A DNA stretch of 64,000 nt, taken from positions 117,676,001 through 117,740,000 of the forward strand of contig OZ024741.1 in assembly GCA_964016885.1 (NCBI GenBank). Direction: 5' to 3'. The position numbers were made by a program, and so were the translations under genes. Positions 1-11,101 of this stretch are shown here, piece after piece. The first letter of the stretch is position 1, and every line of letters starts with the position of its first letter. The notes below the pieces were generated by a model. It did no database searches and was not told the origin of the DNA. It was given only the letters and a program-made list of their open reading frames with translations. The DNA comes from Eledone cirrhosa. Lineage: Eukaryota.

Positions 1-79
<79 letters not shown>
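1..79. repeat. (CT)n microsatellite
   Basis: Directly visible. Confidence 0.98.
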
Positions 80-83
<4 letters not shown>

Positions 84-393
84 GACTGAGCTACAATAGC
101 ATCTGCTTTTTTTCCTATCTACTTTTTTCTTGATTTCTTTCTTTTCTCACTCTCATCTACCTTGTATTTTCCTCTCTCACCAAAACATCCTCCTTTCTTT
201 CTTTCATTCTATCTTCTAATGAAAGACTAGCATTTGAAACATTAAGACACTTTTTTCCATTTATATGAAGCATTAAACTAATACACCATCATTGCAGTGT
301 ACTGTGTTAGTTTTTCCTTGTTGACTTTTCTTTTCATCATCATCATCATCATCATCGTTTAACGTCCATCTTCCACGCTAGCTTGGGTTAGGC

Positions 394-429
<36 letters not shown>

Positions 430-464
430 GTTTACAAAATATGTTTCTTTTTGCTTCCATATAG

Positions 465-608
465 GTGTTATATGCCATTCCTGACCAAGATACATTCTAT
501 GATGTCGGTGATGCTCTTGAAGAACTTGGTATGGAACGTATCACCAAGAAACACATGAGAAAGAAAGGAACTGATGAAGACCTCATGAAGCAGTTTCAAA
601 ATTATGAC
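465..608 (+). CDS. FHOD: FHOD formin exon, end of GBD/FH3 region (VLYAIPDQDTFYDVGDALEELGME...QFQNYD); gene begins upstream of the window
   Basis: TAG acceptor and GTAAGT donor, 144 nt, phase 0-0. The peptide matches the FHOD-family motif [20 protein letters not shown]. Confidence 0.93.
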
Positions 609-2501
609 GTAAGTTCTTAGAATGACAAACTTCAATACCCATGTTGTTATTGTTGTTCAGCCCTAGGTCAGCACTCATTGCCCATTCCAACCATGACCAT
701 CTTGTCTGAATATCAGGCATGATGTATCTAGAACCATTGTATGGATGCCTGTCAGATAGATTGTGCCTGTAATTCAAAAGTCCAGCCTTATCACTTATTG
801 TCATACTGATTTCGCTTGAGAATTACATTAAGGGTACATGTGTCTGTGGAAAGCTCAACCACTTACATGTTATCTTGAGTCAGACATTGAATTGATTGGA
901 TGACTGAATGCTCATTATCAAAACTGACAGAGGACTCATCCTTATCATCATCATCATTATCCAATGTGTTCTTCCCTTTTTATCAAAGTCAGTTGGGTGT
1001 GACTTGAGATAAATTTTGCTGTTACTAAGGTTGAGTAACCATTTAAAGGCTCCCATGCTGGCTTGTCAATGTCTATGTCTGCTTTGTTGATGAAAGACAC
1101 ATTTAACTTACGTTGAATAGCTACATTGTCTTGGAATTGAACTTGCTATGCAATCTTCATTTCCTAGCAGCAAACTACCTTGCCTGTATTTCATGTAAAT
1201 TACTCAGTATTTGGAGAAATATTTGAACATTGGGATGATTTTTGTATAACCTGGTAATTCTTCCTTGTTATATATTACTGGTGTAGGCATGGCTGTGTGG
1301 TTAAGAAATTTGCTTCACAATCATTTGGTTCCATGTTTGATCCCACCATGTGATACCTTGGTCATGTGTCTTTAACAACAACTTTGGGTCAACCTCGGCT
1401 TTGTGAGTGGAATCTTAGAAACTGTAGAATTCCATCAGACTGACTTTACCTGTAATTCAAAGATGCAGCCTTATCTCATACTATATTACGTTCGTTCAGC
1501 TTGGCAATTATGTTGTATACTATCGTATCAAATCAAGCGACAAGATCCCAGACCTCATTTGCTTACTGAGTTGGGTGGAACTCATCAAGTTGGACCAAAG
1601 AAACAATGTTTCCTTTGGTCTTACCATTGTTGATACTATCTACCGGTTGCAACTCTGGAAGAAAGAGCAATGTGAAATAAAGTGTCTTGCTCAAGGGCAT
1701 AACACATCACTCAGTCCCGAAATCAAACACAAAATCTCATCATTGTGAATCCAATTCTTTAACCACTAATCCTTGGTATATATTTTGGTATACTCAGCCT
1801 CTTATACATTAATTTAATGAGTCGGACATTCAGTATATTGAATAATTGAACGCTCATTGTCAAAATCTGCAGAAGATTCATCATATTTCTGGAAATTCAA
1901 ATCAGATATGTTTGTAACTACATTATTATTTATTGGGTGGTGGATTGGCAGTATTGGTAGGGGATTGGACAACATGCTTTTTGGTGTGTAGTTATGTCCC
2001 TTTACATTCTGAGTTCAAATCCTGCTGAGGTTAGCTTTGCCTTTTATCTTTACGTTGTTGATAAAATAAAGTACCAGTAATGCATGGGGGTAAATTTACT
2101 TGACTTTCCCCTCCCCCAAAATAGCTGGCCTTGTGCTAAATCAGAAACCCTTATTATCTATTGGTATCTATAGTATTCCCTGTTTTTCTTAATTTCCATA
2201 TTGTGTTGTACTGCACATTGTTCCATCACTGGTTGGTTCCACATATCAGTTTCATACCTTTCTCTATTTCTGATGAAAAATGACTCGGTGAGTGGTCTCT
2301 CATGACATTTTTCACATTGTAATGTAGCTGATTCCAGCAGATAAGCAGACAGACAAACAGATCAGACCAGCAGACAGATAAATAGATTGGAAGAGAGAGT
2401 GAGTGAGAGCTGAATCTTTCCCAGTACTTGACTGGTATTTTATTTATTGACTCTGAAATGATGAGAGCCATGTCAAATAATATTGAATTTAACTTTTACA
2501 G

Positions 2502-2563
2502 ACTGCTTTAAGACATGAAGATGGCAATGATGGTCTTGAAATCAGTCAAATGGGAAGTCTTCG
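2502..2563 (+). CDS. FHOD: FHOD exon (TALRHEDGNDGLEISQMGSLR)
   Basis: TTTTACAG acceptor and GTAAGT donor, phase 0-2. Continues the FHOD motif YE.ALRHEDG. Confidence 0.9.
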
Positions 2564-3523
2564 GTAAGTAACTAGTACTTTATTTTATTTATTTATCCAT
2601 TTATTTGCCCTTATTAATATTTTAGTTGCAATAAATAATAAAAGATGTTTGAAGGTCATTCACCCTGCTGAAACAGATGATAACATTTCAGGCCTTATGA
2701 TAGGTTTTATACTTAGGATCTTTTTTGACACAGTTCAATAAGTTGATTGAAAATTATGACTTAATGAAAATCATTTTGAATTGTTTTCATAAAATGCCTG
2801 CAGCAGGAAAAACATATATAGCAAAGTTGCACACAAAATAAACAAAACACATTGAACAAAAGCATCTAACTTCCTCATCAGTCAGCTCCATGGGCAATGC
2901 ATAAGGGTGGTATTCCATAATATTGCACCCAAGTTGTATGACAGCTTGAACAAGCTGCTTGAAAGATGAATATGAATCACATATGCAACAACATATAGAC
3001 AGGAGAAAACAAGAGTGTGATCATTCGACTAGCAAAGCAAGTAGATAAACAAATAAAAAAAAAGCATAGAATGTTTTACAACTGGAAACAGGTTATATGG
3101 TGCAGGCAAGTTGTGCAAATGGTAATACAGGAAGGAGGAAAATATAAATAGACTTTGTGAAAAAAGATGAGTGAGAGAGAAATCCATTAAAATTGGTGCT
3201 TTTACTTCATAGAACCAGATGTGGCTTTTGGACAGGCTGGTATTAAAAGGGTTAAAGTAAAAGTTTTTTTTTTTTGTTTTGTTTTGGTAATTAACATCTA
3301 ATGTTAGATGTATAAAATAACCAACATAACTTCATTGACTTTATAATAGAATTTATATTAATTTTTTTACTGAGTCCAACCAATAGGCAATGGCCATACT
3401 GCAGTACCACCCTCAAATTATCTAATTTTTTTATCTTCTATATTGAGTAATACATTCTCATCACCTGATCAATGTAACTTTTTTCACATTTTTTACTTTT
3501 ATTTTCTTAAATAAAATTTTTAG

Positions 3524-3670
3524 ACTTATACCAAGAGTTCCATGTGAAGAAGAACGAAAGAGCCGCAGATATGCAAAATCTAAAAGCCCAAGGTTTGCTC
3601 CACCTGAGTCTGCTTTGAGTAAAATGAAAGGTGCTGAAGAATACAAGGAAAAGAAAATGAAAGAAATGCA
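3524..3670 (+). CDS. FHOD: FHOD exon, charged linker (RLIPRVPCEEERKSRRYAKSKSPR...KEMQ)
   Basis: TTTTTAG acceptor and GTATGT donor, 147 nt, phase 2-2, open in the required frame. Confidence 0.82.
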
Positions 3671-4287
3671 GTATGTATTTAAATGTTCTTTCATATACCT
3701 GATTTTATATATGTACGTTCTCAGTTGTAAGACCACAGATTTGTACCTAGGTAACTAAAATTTTTTATAGGAGTACATCTTTTCAAGGAGGAGATGCTCA
3801 TAGGTTATATATATTTTTCTAATATTTTCTAAAAAGAGAATTTACTTTGATGTAGAAGATCGGGAATGAATCAACATTCTTGAACAAACTGAAAATTGTC
3901 AGTATTTTTTTAAAGGAATTTATCCAAAATGTAGTAGATTCCTAGGATGGTATATACTTTAGGTATTATTAAACCCAGACACTCCAGGTACTGCTGCTAG
4001 TTATAAGATAATATGTGAAAGTAATTTTGTGTCGGGTGAAAAATGAAGAGATTTTTCTTTGTCTTTCTTATAACTTTAATTAGAAAAAGGAAAGACCAAT
4101 CATGGTCAAATCAGTCCAATGAACAAATGTTTCCATTATTGATACTATCTGCCAGATGCAACAAATTATGAACTGGTAGATCAGCATGAATGATTTAAAA
4201 TAATTAAAAAGGTGAATTGAATTGTTTTGGGAATTAATTTATTTTCTTTTGATTACTTAAATATTTGTCTACAATCTACCAAAACAG

Positions 4288-4424
4288 AAACATTCGCATT
4301 GTCCCTGAAGATGCACCTGATGAGGACTTGGTTTCTATTTACCGAAACAAGAAGACGAAGGACAAAGAAGTAAGTGGTAGCCAACAGAAGAAGCGACAGA
4401 GTGTTGAACAGAAAGCATCAATAT
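4288..4424 (+). CDS. FHOD: FHOD exon, charged linker (NIRIVPEDAPDEDLVSIYRNKK...QKASI)
   Basis: CAG acceptor and GTAAGT donor, phase 2-1, purine-rich open frame. A second GTAAGT donor follows 4369. Confidence 0.78.
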
Positions 4425-5379
4425 GTAAGTATTATTGGGTTGCAATAGTAACAGTTATAATCTTGAAAACAAAGCAGTATAGTTTATATAAAGTGTTGTG
4501 ATATAAATGGTTATAATAAGAAAATAGTGTGTTTTGTAGAGGGCTACAGCAACACAAATAGGACATTAAATGTTAAAATAATGATAACAAAGTATCATTG
4601 GAGGTTTTTAATAGTCTTTAATATTTCAGAATAAAATCTATTCATCAAAAGAAAAGTTGGGTAAACTACTTCAGTGTAGGATATCTTCTGTTTTTCTTAT
4701 ACTGTCATTTTTTAATATTAAGGTCTATTAAAAACCTTCAAGATAGCATTCCAACAACTTTAGCATTATGTTTAACATTTAATGTTCTATTTGCATTACT
4801 GCAGCCCTTTAAAAATAATGCACTATTTTCTACATTTTACACGATGCTTCAAGCAAGCTATAACACCTTGTTATGGTTATGATTGTTTTGTTTTTTTTGT
4901 TTTTGGCGGATGGGGCAGAAGCTGGTACAATCATCATCACTATTTTATGTCCATCTTTCCATGCTTGGACGGGTCTTCTTCAACATAGCTTCTCGCAACT
5001 TGTATTCCATTGTCATCTCTATGAAATTCGGCAATTTAAGATCAGCTCTCACCACTTCAGCTTAGATTTTTCTCAATCTTCCTCTTCTGCAAGTTTCTAA
5101 AAACTAGAGTGGAATAAGAAAAACAAATCAAAAAACATTTCTCACTTTTATCTTAAATTTCATGATATTTGAAGGTTAAGACTCCCTTTTTCAAAAGTAC
5201 CTTACTCTATATTTCTAATTTGCAATGTGCCAGTTTTCCTGAAACAATCATAATTGTAGTTCTTATTTCCTTATTATTTTCTGAATCATTTCACTCATTG
5301 CTGGAAAAGAAAAGAAAATTGGGAAGGAACTGTTATAATTTCAATCCACAAAACTTAGCTATTTCATGTACAAACATGA

Positions 5380-5690
5380 AATATGTGTATGTTTATGTTT
5401 AAATATGTATGTGTATATTTATTAAAATGTATATGTGTATTTATATAAATATAATTGTGTGTATGTATTTTTATATAGATGTAAATATATTTATATAAAT
5501 GTATGTGTATATTTATACAATGTGTGGATATATTTATATATGTATGAATATGTTGTGTGTATTTATATAGATATAAATATGCGTGTGTATGTATTTCTAT
5601 AGATATAAATATGTGTATATTTATATTGATATGTGCATGTATTTATATAGATATATGTGTGTATATTTATATAGATATAAATATGTGTGC
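5380..5690. repeat. Degenerate (TA)/(TG) compound microsatellite
   Basis: Directly visible; similar tracts at 9340-9860, 22140-22370, 23678-23740, 38370-38470 and 41520-41586. Confidence 0.85.
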
Positions 5691-6476
5691 CCAGCTTATA
5701 AATAACTAATATATTTTCTTTGAATTATTGCTGTTTTTGCTTTTAACACAATATACTGTGAATCTTGCTTCTTGCAAAAGAGTGCAAAATTTACGTTTTT
5801 TTTATAAATATTAGTAGGGGATTTCATTTTAAAATATTTCTATTAATTTAATAATTGAAGAATATTGTATGCAAAGTCACATGGCCTAATATTTAGGGTT
5901 TTGTAGGTTCAATTCCTGGATCAAGTGACATGTTGTATTCTTCATTCATGTTGCTTTTCATAAGACTAAAGCTCCTATCATTAAAACACCCAAGAAACCT
6001 ATGAGATTCATCCTCATAGAAGTGAACATAACATGGCTAAGTGGTAAAGAAGTTATTTGCTTTATAATTATGATCTCTCAGGTTCAATTCCACTTCGTGA
6101 CATTTTAAGCAAATGTCTTTACTGTAGTCTTGGGTTACCTAAAGCCTTGTGAGTGGAATTTGATAAACTGAAACTGAATAGAAGCCCATTAGATAGTCAG
6201 CCATGTCACTTATTACGACATGCTGATTTGGCTTGAGAATTACATTAAGGGTACATGTGTCTGTGGAATACTCAGCCACTTACCTTACATATTAACAAAT
6301 CAAATGCTGAATTGATGAAACAACTCAATGCTCAGCATTGGAACCAATGGAAGATCCATGACAATATGTAATAGAAAATTCATTCTTTTCTAATCCTTGA
6401 CTGTAATGGGACCTAACAATTGAATGTGCCACAGTAATTTACTACAATTATCAAAACTAACTTAATTTACTTTTAG

Positions 6477-6509
6477 CTAGAAATAAAACTAATCTAAACT
6501 TCCTTATTG
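6477..6509 (+). CDS. FHOD: Candidate 33-nt FHOD cassette exon (SRNKTNLNFLI)
   Basis: ACTAAC branch motif, TTTACTTTTAG acceptor and TTG|GTGAGA donor. Symmetric phase 1-1 fits the neighbouring exons and there is no stop. No homology support. Confidence 0.45.
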
Positions 6510-7497
6510 GTGAGATGTGATCTATGGGGACACATTTGCTGGAAGCAGATTCTTTAAATTGAGCTTTATTTGTTGTTGCTGTTATTGTTGTTGCATTTAC
6601 TGATATCTTTACTGTGCTGGCATCAAGAAACAGTGTCTGTTTGTATTTTGATTTAAATGTTTAGAGAAAAAAAATGTTCTTTCAATTTCTAATGGTATAA
6701 TTTCTTTCAAAGACATATTTGATATACACTAGTGAGGGCAATTACTCTGGAGGGCTGTAGGAAACTTAAGAAGGGCACTGAAATACAAGGAGATGGAGGG
6801 ATCATTGGAAAGCAAGGTGTAATAAGGGAGGAAATGGGAAAGTATTCAAATTAGTAGTTGTTTGGAAAGCTGTCACCTTTAGTTATTCATTAAATGCTTA
6901 AATAAATTTAAAGAATTATCAAAACTTAATTTTCAGTGTATAATTTTTTATACAGTTGTAGTGCACCTGGGCACTGTACACAATTTTTATTTTTATTATT
7001 ATCAAATTTAATGTGTATGGCAGTGATAAGGAAATATGTTCTCTGAAAGGGAGCAGTTGTCCAAAACATTTGGATAACTGTAATGTACAGGAATGATTCA
7101 ACTGGTTCCAAATATTCAATCCTTAAGTGAGAGATCATTAATCTTTCATGACCAAATCTTAAATGTAATGCACTCTATTTCCATTAAATAATGAACATTT
7201 TTGAGGGATTTCCTAAAATAATTAATTATTTCATTAATTAATAATTCCATTACTAAGATAGTAATTTGGTTGGGTTGGTATTAAAAGGGTTAAGTGAGAT
7301 ATTGTGCAGTCAGATATGTCTTTGAATATTAAGTATGAAATTAACGCATAATTAAATATTTGTGTCATTAACTATAACTGGTTTTATCATCTCTTAATTA
7401 ATACTCAGGACTAAATTAAAATAAAATACATGCTCAGGAATATAACATGAGAAAAAAATCCAGAAGCTAGACTTTATTATTTCATTAAATAGGTGGG

Positions 7498-7500
<3 letters not shown>

Positions 7501-7572
<72 letters not shown>

Positions 7573-7581
7573 CTCTCTCTC
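7501..7581. repeat. (CT)n microsatellite
   Basis: Directly visible; explains the RERE and SLSL ORFs. Confidence 0.98.
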
Positions 7582-8547
7582 CTTTTTTTTCTTTATAAAA
7601 TACATCTGGAAAGAAAACCTATTATATAATTTTAGTTTTAGTTCAATAGTCATTTGGATGACCTTCATATTTCTATTCTCTCTTTATCTTCAGTATCCAT
7701 GGTTGTGAGTACAATGTATTTCAGTTTTAGGGGCTCTTTACTTTCTAACGTGGAAATACTGTTAGTCTACACTGAAATTCAGGCAAAAAATATCTACAAA
7801 CTCTGAAGTGTATGGGGTGATAGATTAGTAGGAACTGTTAGAGCTTGGACAGGATGTCTTGTAGTATTTCTTCTGGACCTTTCTTTGCCTTCTGAGTTCA
7901 AACCCCCCACTCTAGTCTACTTGGGTGGTAGACATAATCTGCCACGCTGTCTATCACCACCATCAATCTCTTGGGTGATAGACTTAATTTGTCACCCTAC
8001 ATCACTACCTATCCTTTGGGTGATAGACTTAATCAATCACTCTGTCTAACACCACCACCTATCTCTTGGGTGCCTTTTATGGAGTTAACTCTGCTGCAAT
8101 TATTCAAACCAGATCTCTGGTTTGATGATAGCTTCCTCCCTTCCTCCTTTCCAATTTTCTTGGAGGCCCTTAAAAATAACTGTCTGCCGATAGTTAAATC
8201 TTAAAGGATTTGCGTTACAAATTCCACTTATTTTAGCAACAAAGTCAGTAAATATCAAAATTATTTTCCTCATATTATTTTGGAATTAACTTCTTGGAAA
8301 ATAGAGAGTACCATATTTCTAATGAAAGACTGCCTGTGATTTTCAGATATTTTTGAAAATAATGAAGTATTTGAAGGGATTTGGGATTTAATAGAACAAC
8401 TAACTTTTACTATATTAAGCTGGTGTTAGGAACATAAGAAATGTTCTTACATAAAATTATGATGGGAGATTTTTAGATAAATATAAACACTCTAAAACTG
8501 CCATTTGTGTATCATAAAAGGTTTCTAGATAAATATAAACATCTTAA

Positions 8548-8788
8548 CTCTTAACATCCTATAACAATGTAGCAGAAAAGATCTAAAAATGGGTTTGTCA
8601 CTTCATATATTTATATAGTATTTTATATACAAATATTTATATAGTATTTTTACCTGTAGACAGATCATTGTAAAAATTTGCAGTAAACTAAAGAATTTAA
8701 ATATTCATGTGATGCAGTCATTATGTTCTTTTGTACATCTGAAAAATGTCTTGCCAATTTGGTTTCATGTGGTACAGGATGTTAAGAG
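8548..8788. mobile_element. TTAA-flanked MITE family B (TIR CTCTTAACATCCT), nested in a family C MITE
   Basis: Perfect 13-bp TIRs with TTAA on both sides. Related copies near 10087-10295 and 42450-42895. Confidence 0.82.
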
Positions 8789-9006
8789 TTAAAACAAGGA
8801 CAGTTTCAGGTGCTTTTGGACTAAAAGGGTTAAATTTGATTTTATTTTTCTGTTTGATTTGCTTTTTTATGCTTTTATTGTGTTTGTATATGAGTGTGTA
8901 TGTGTGTAAATTTAAATAACACAACATTTGGCTAACTAATCTGAATTGTTTATTGTGTTTGTATGCTTTTACTGCTAACCATACTTGCTTACTGTTTGAT
9001 ATGCAG

Positions 9007-9249
9007 ATTTGAGTGTGCAGCAAAAACGACAGGAGCGAAGACAGCATCAGCGCTCTCTTATAAAAGAACAAGAAATAAAGAAAGACACCCCTGCCAAAAC
9101 TTGGCTAAATTCCTTAATTCGTAAATTTTCCACCGCTCCTCCTCCTCCTCCTTCTTCTCCTCCTTCTTCCCCCTCATCAAATAATGAGGAGACAAGCAGT
9201 GATTGGTCAGTGTCTCAAAATAACCTTATTACCACCCAATGTGTGGATG
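9007..9249 (+). CDS. FHOD: FHOD exon, probably alternative (LSVQQKRQERRQHQRSLIKEQE...APPPPPSSPPSSP...CVD)
   Basis: TGCAG acceptor and G|GTAAGA donor, 243 nt, symmetric phase 1-1, open frame with coiled-coil-like and Pro/Ser tracts. Confidence 0.72.
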
Positions 9250-10365
9250 GTAAGATATCAGAAAGCTTATATACCATACCAACTGCCTGCCAATTAATTC
9301 AAGATTAACAATCTTACTTATCTATATATCAATCTATCTTTATATATGTGTATACATGTATGTGTATATACATATACATACATATGTATATATATGTATG
9401 TGTGTGCGCGCATTTTATATCGATATTGTTATGTCTATATTGTGTGTGTGTGTATATATAAATGTGAGGTATCAAAACATATCAAATATGTTTGATTTTT
9501 GTGCTTCTCAATAAAAAAGCTCAATTGACTTTGTCCAGAGCTATAATAATTCAAAAGTAAAAGATATATGTATATATATATAGAGAGAGAGAAAAGGGAC
9601 CATATAGCCAAGAGAATACACAATATATTGTATGTATATATATATATATATATATATACAAAGCGCATATTTCTAAGAAAAATATGTACTCGAGATGCGA
9701 GTACACATTTTTCTTTGAAATAATGTGCTTTCTATATATATATACAATATGCTGTGTATTCTCTTGGATATTTTCTCTCTCTATATATATATACATATAT
9801 CTTTTACTTTTGAAATATATATATATATAGATAGATAGATAATGTGTGTGTGTTGAATTATATATTAATATATCTATTTAGATGTCACTTTCCTGTAAAA
9901 TTGTATTTTGCACCAGAATGTCACTATTTCCACAATTGCACCATAGTCATTATTATGAATTAGAAATCTACAAATGTAGTTTATATCATATCAATATTGT
10001 AGTAAATGTAATAATACACCATAGCTGCACATGCACTGTATTTGAGGATTTTTTTAGATATTGTTACAATACTGGATTAGTATTTAAACTTTTAATATCC
10101 TGTAATAATTTAACAGAAAATATCTAAAACTGAATTTATTGATTCAAATGTATATTGTATCTTTAGTAGTGGACTGAGTGTTAGTATTAGAAAAATGCAT
10201 TATTTTTGTATTGTGATGTAGTCATAGTGGTGTTTTGTACTTTGCAAGAATGTCTTGCTAATGTGGTTTTATGTGAAACAGGACATTGAGTTAAAGAGTT
10301 TTCCTTACATCTAAACTTAGAGATCTTTCTTAGAGATTATTAAAAGCAAAAAATTATATATATAT

Positions 10366-11101
10366 ATAACAGAATGGTCCAGTGTTGCTCGGGCTTCTAA
10401 ACATAGATTGGCATGTTTATCCCTCCTTTCTGAAACAGTACAGAGAAGTACGGAATACCTCGGTCTGGGGATGGTGTCTACATTTTGTGCTTTTACCAGG
10501 GGTTTAAATTAATTGGGTGCCTGAGAGTAAAATGTTCAACCCGCGAAAGCCAATACGATAGGGTTAAGTAAAAAGGCATTCGACAAACCGAACATGTATT
10601 TGTTGTGTACAATGAAAGCAATAATTACAGAGCAGTAAGCATGTGGGACTGCAGTGGTGGAGCGCATGAAGGAATTTAGTTGGATACTTTTAAGGTTACA
10701 AAAATCTACACAATCTGATATAGACCGAACTGTTAAATCGGATGCCGAATGCTTCAGAGTTACTATTGGGGTCACCATCAACAGTTTCAGGGATGTATGT
10801 TTAAGTAGGGATAATATAGTCTATAAAGAGAGGTAACTTTCAAAATACTAAAGAGTTGTCTCTCTTGAACATTGTAGACAAAATTGCCGAACAGACAAAA
10901 AGGGCTTAAAGTTTTAGTGAAAAAAAATGCCTTTAACAACAGAAAATTGAAAAATTAAAGCTGCAGTTAATATCTTTAGACCACAAGGAATATATAAATG
11001 CAAGTTTGAAGTCAATCAGAGTAGAAATGTGGATTTGTATAGACTTTCCAAAATTATGACACACACACACAGACAACTTCAGTTTTATATATATGTATAG
11101 A
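10366..11101 (-). mobile_element. Non-autonomous Helitron-like element
   Basis: Minus strand starts A^TCTATAC near a (CA)/ACAG microsatellite. The other end shares CAGAATGGYCCAGYGTTGCTCG with the CTAG-terminated copy at 63588; its own CTAG is decayed. Confidence 0.6.

Noticed and set aside
1285-1360. tRNA-like sequences with A and B boxes (many across the window)
   Set aside because: They continue into shared SINE bodies and show no intact cloverleaf, so they are SINE heads rather than tRNA genes.
10654-10836. ORF ending NIVYKE, reminiscent of a Helitron helicase C-terminus
   Set aside because: It lies on the opposite strand to the inferred element and lacks other PIF1 motifs; probably coincidence.
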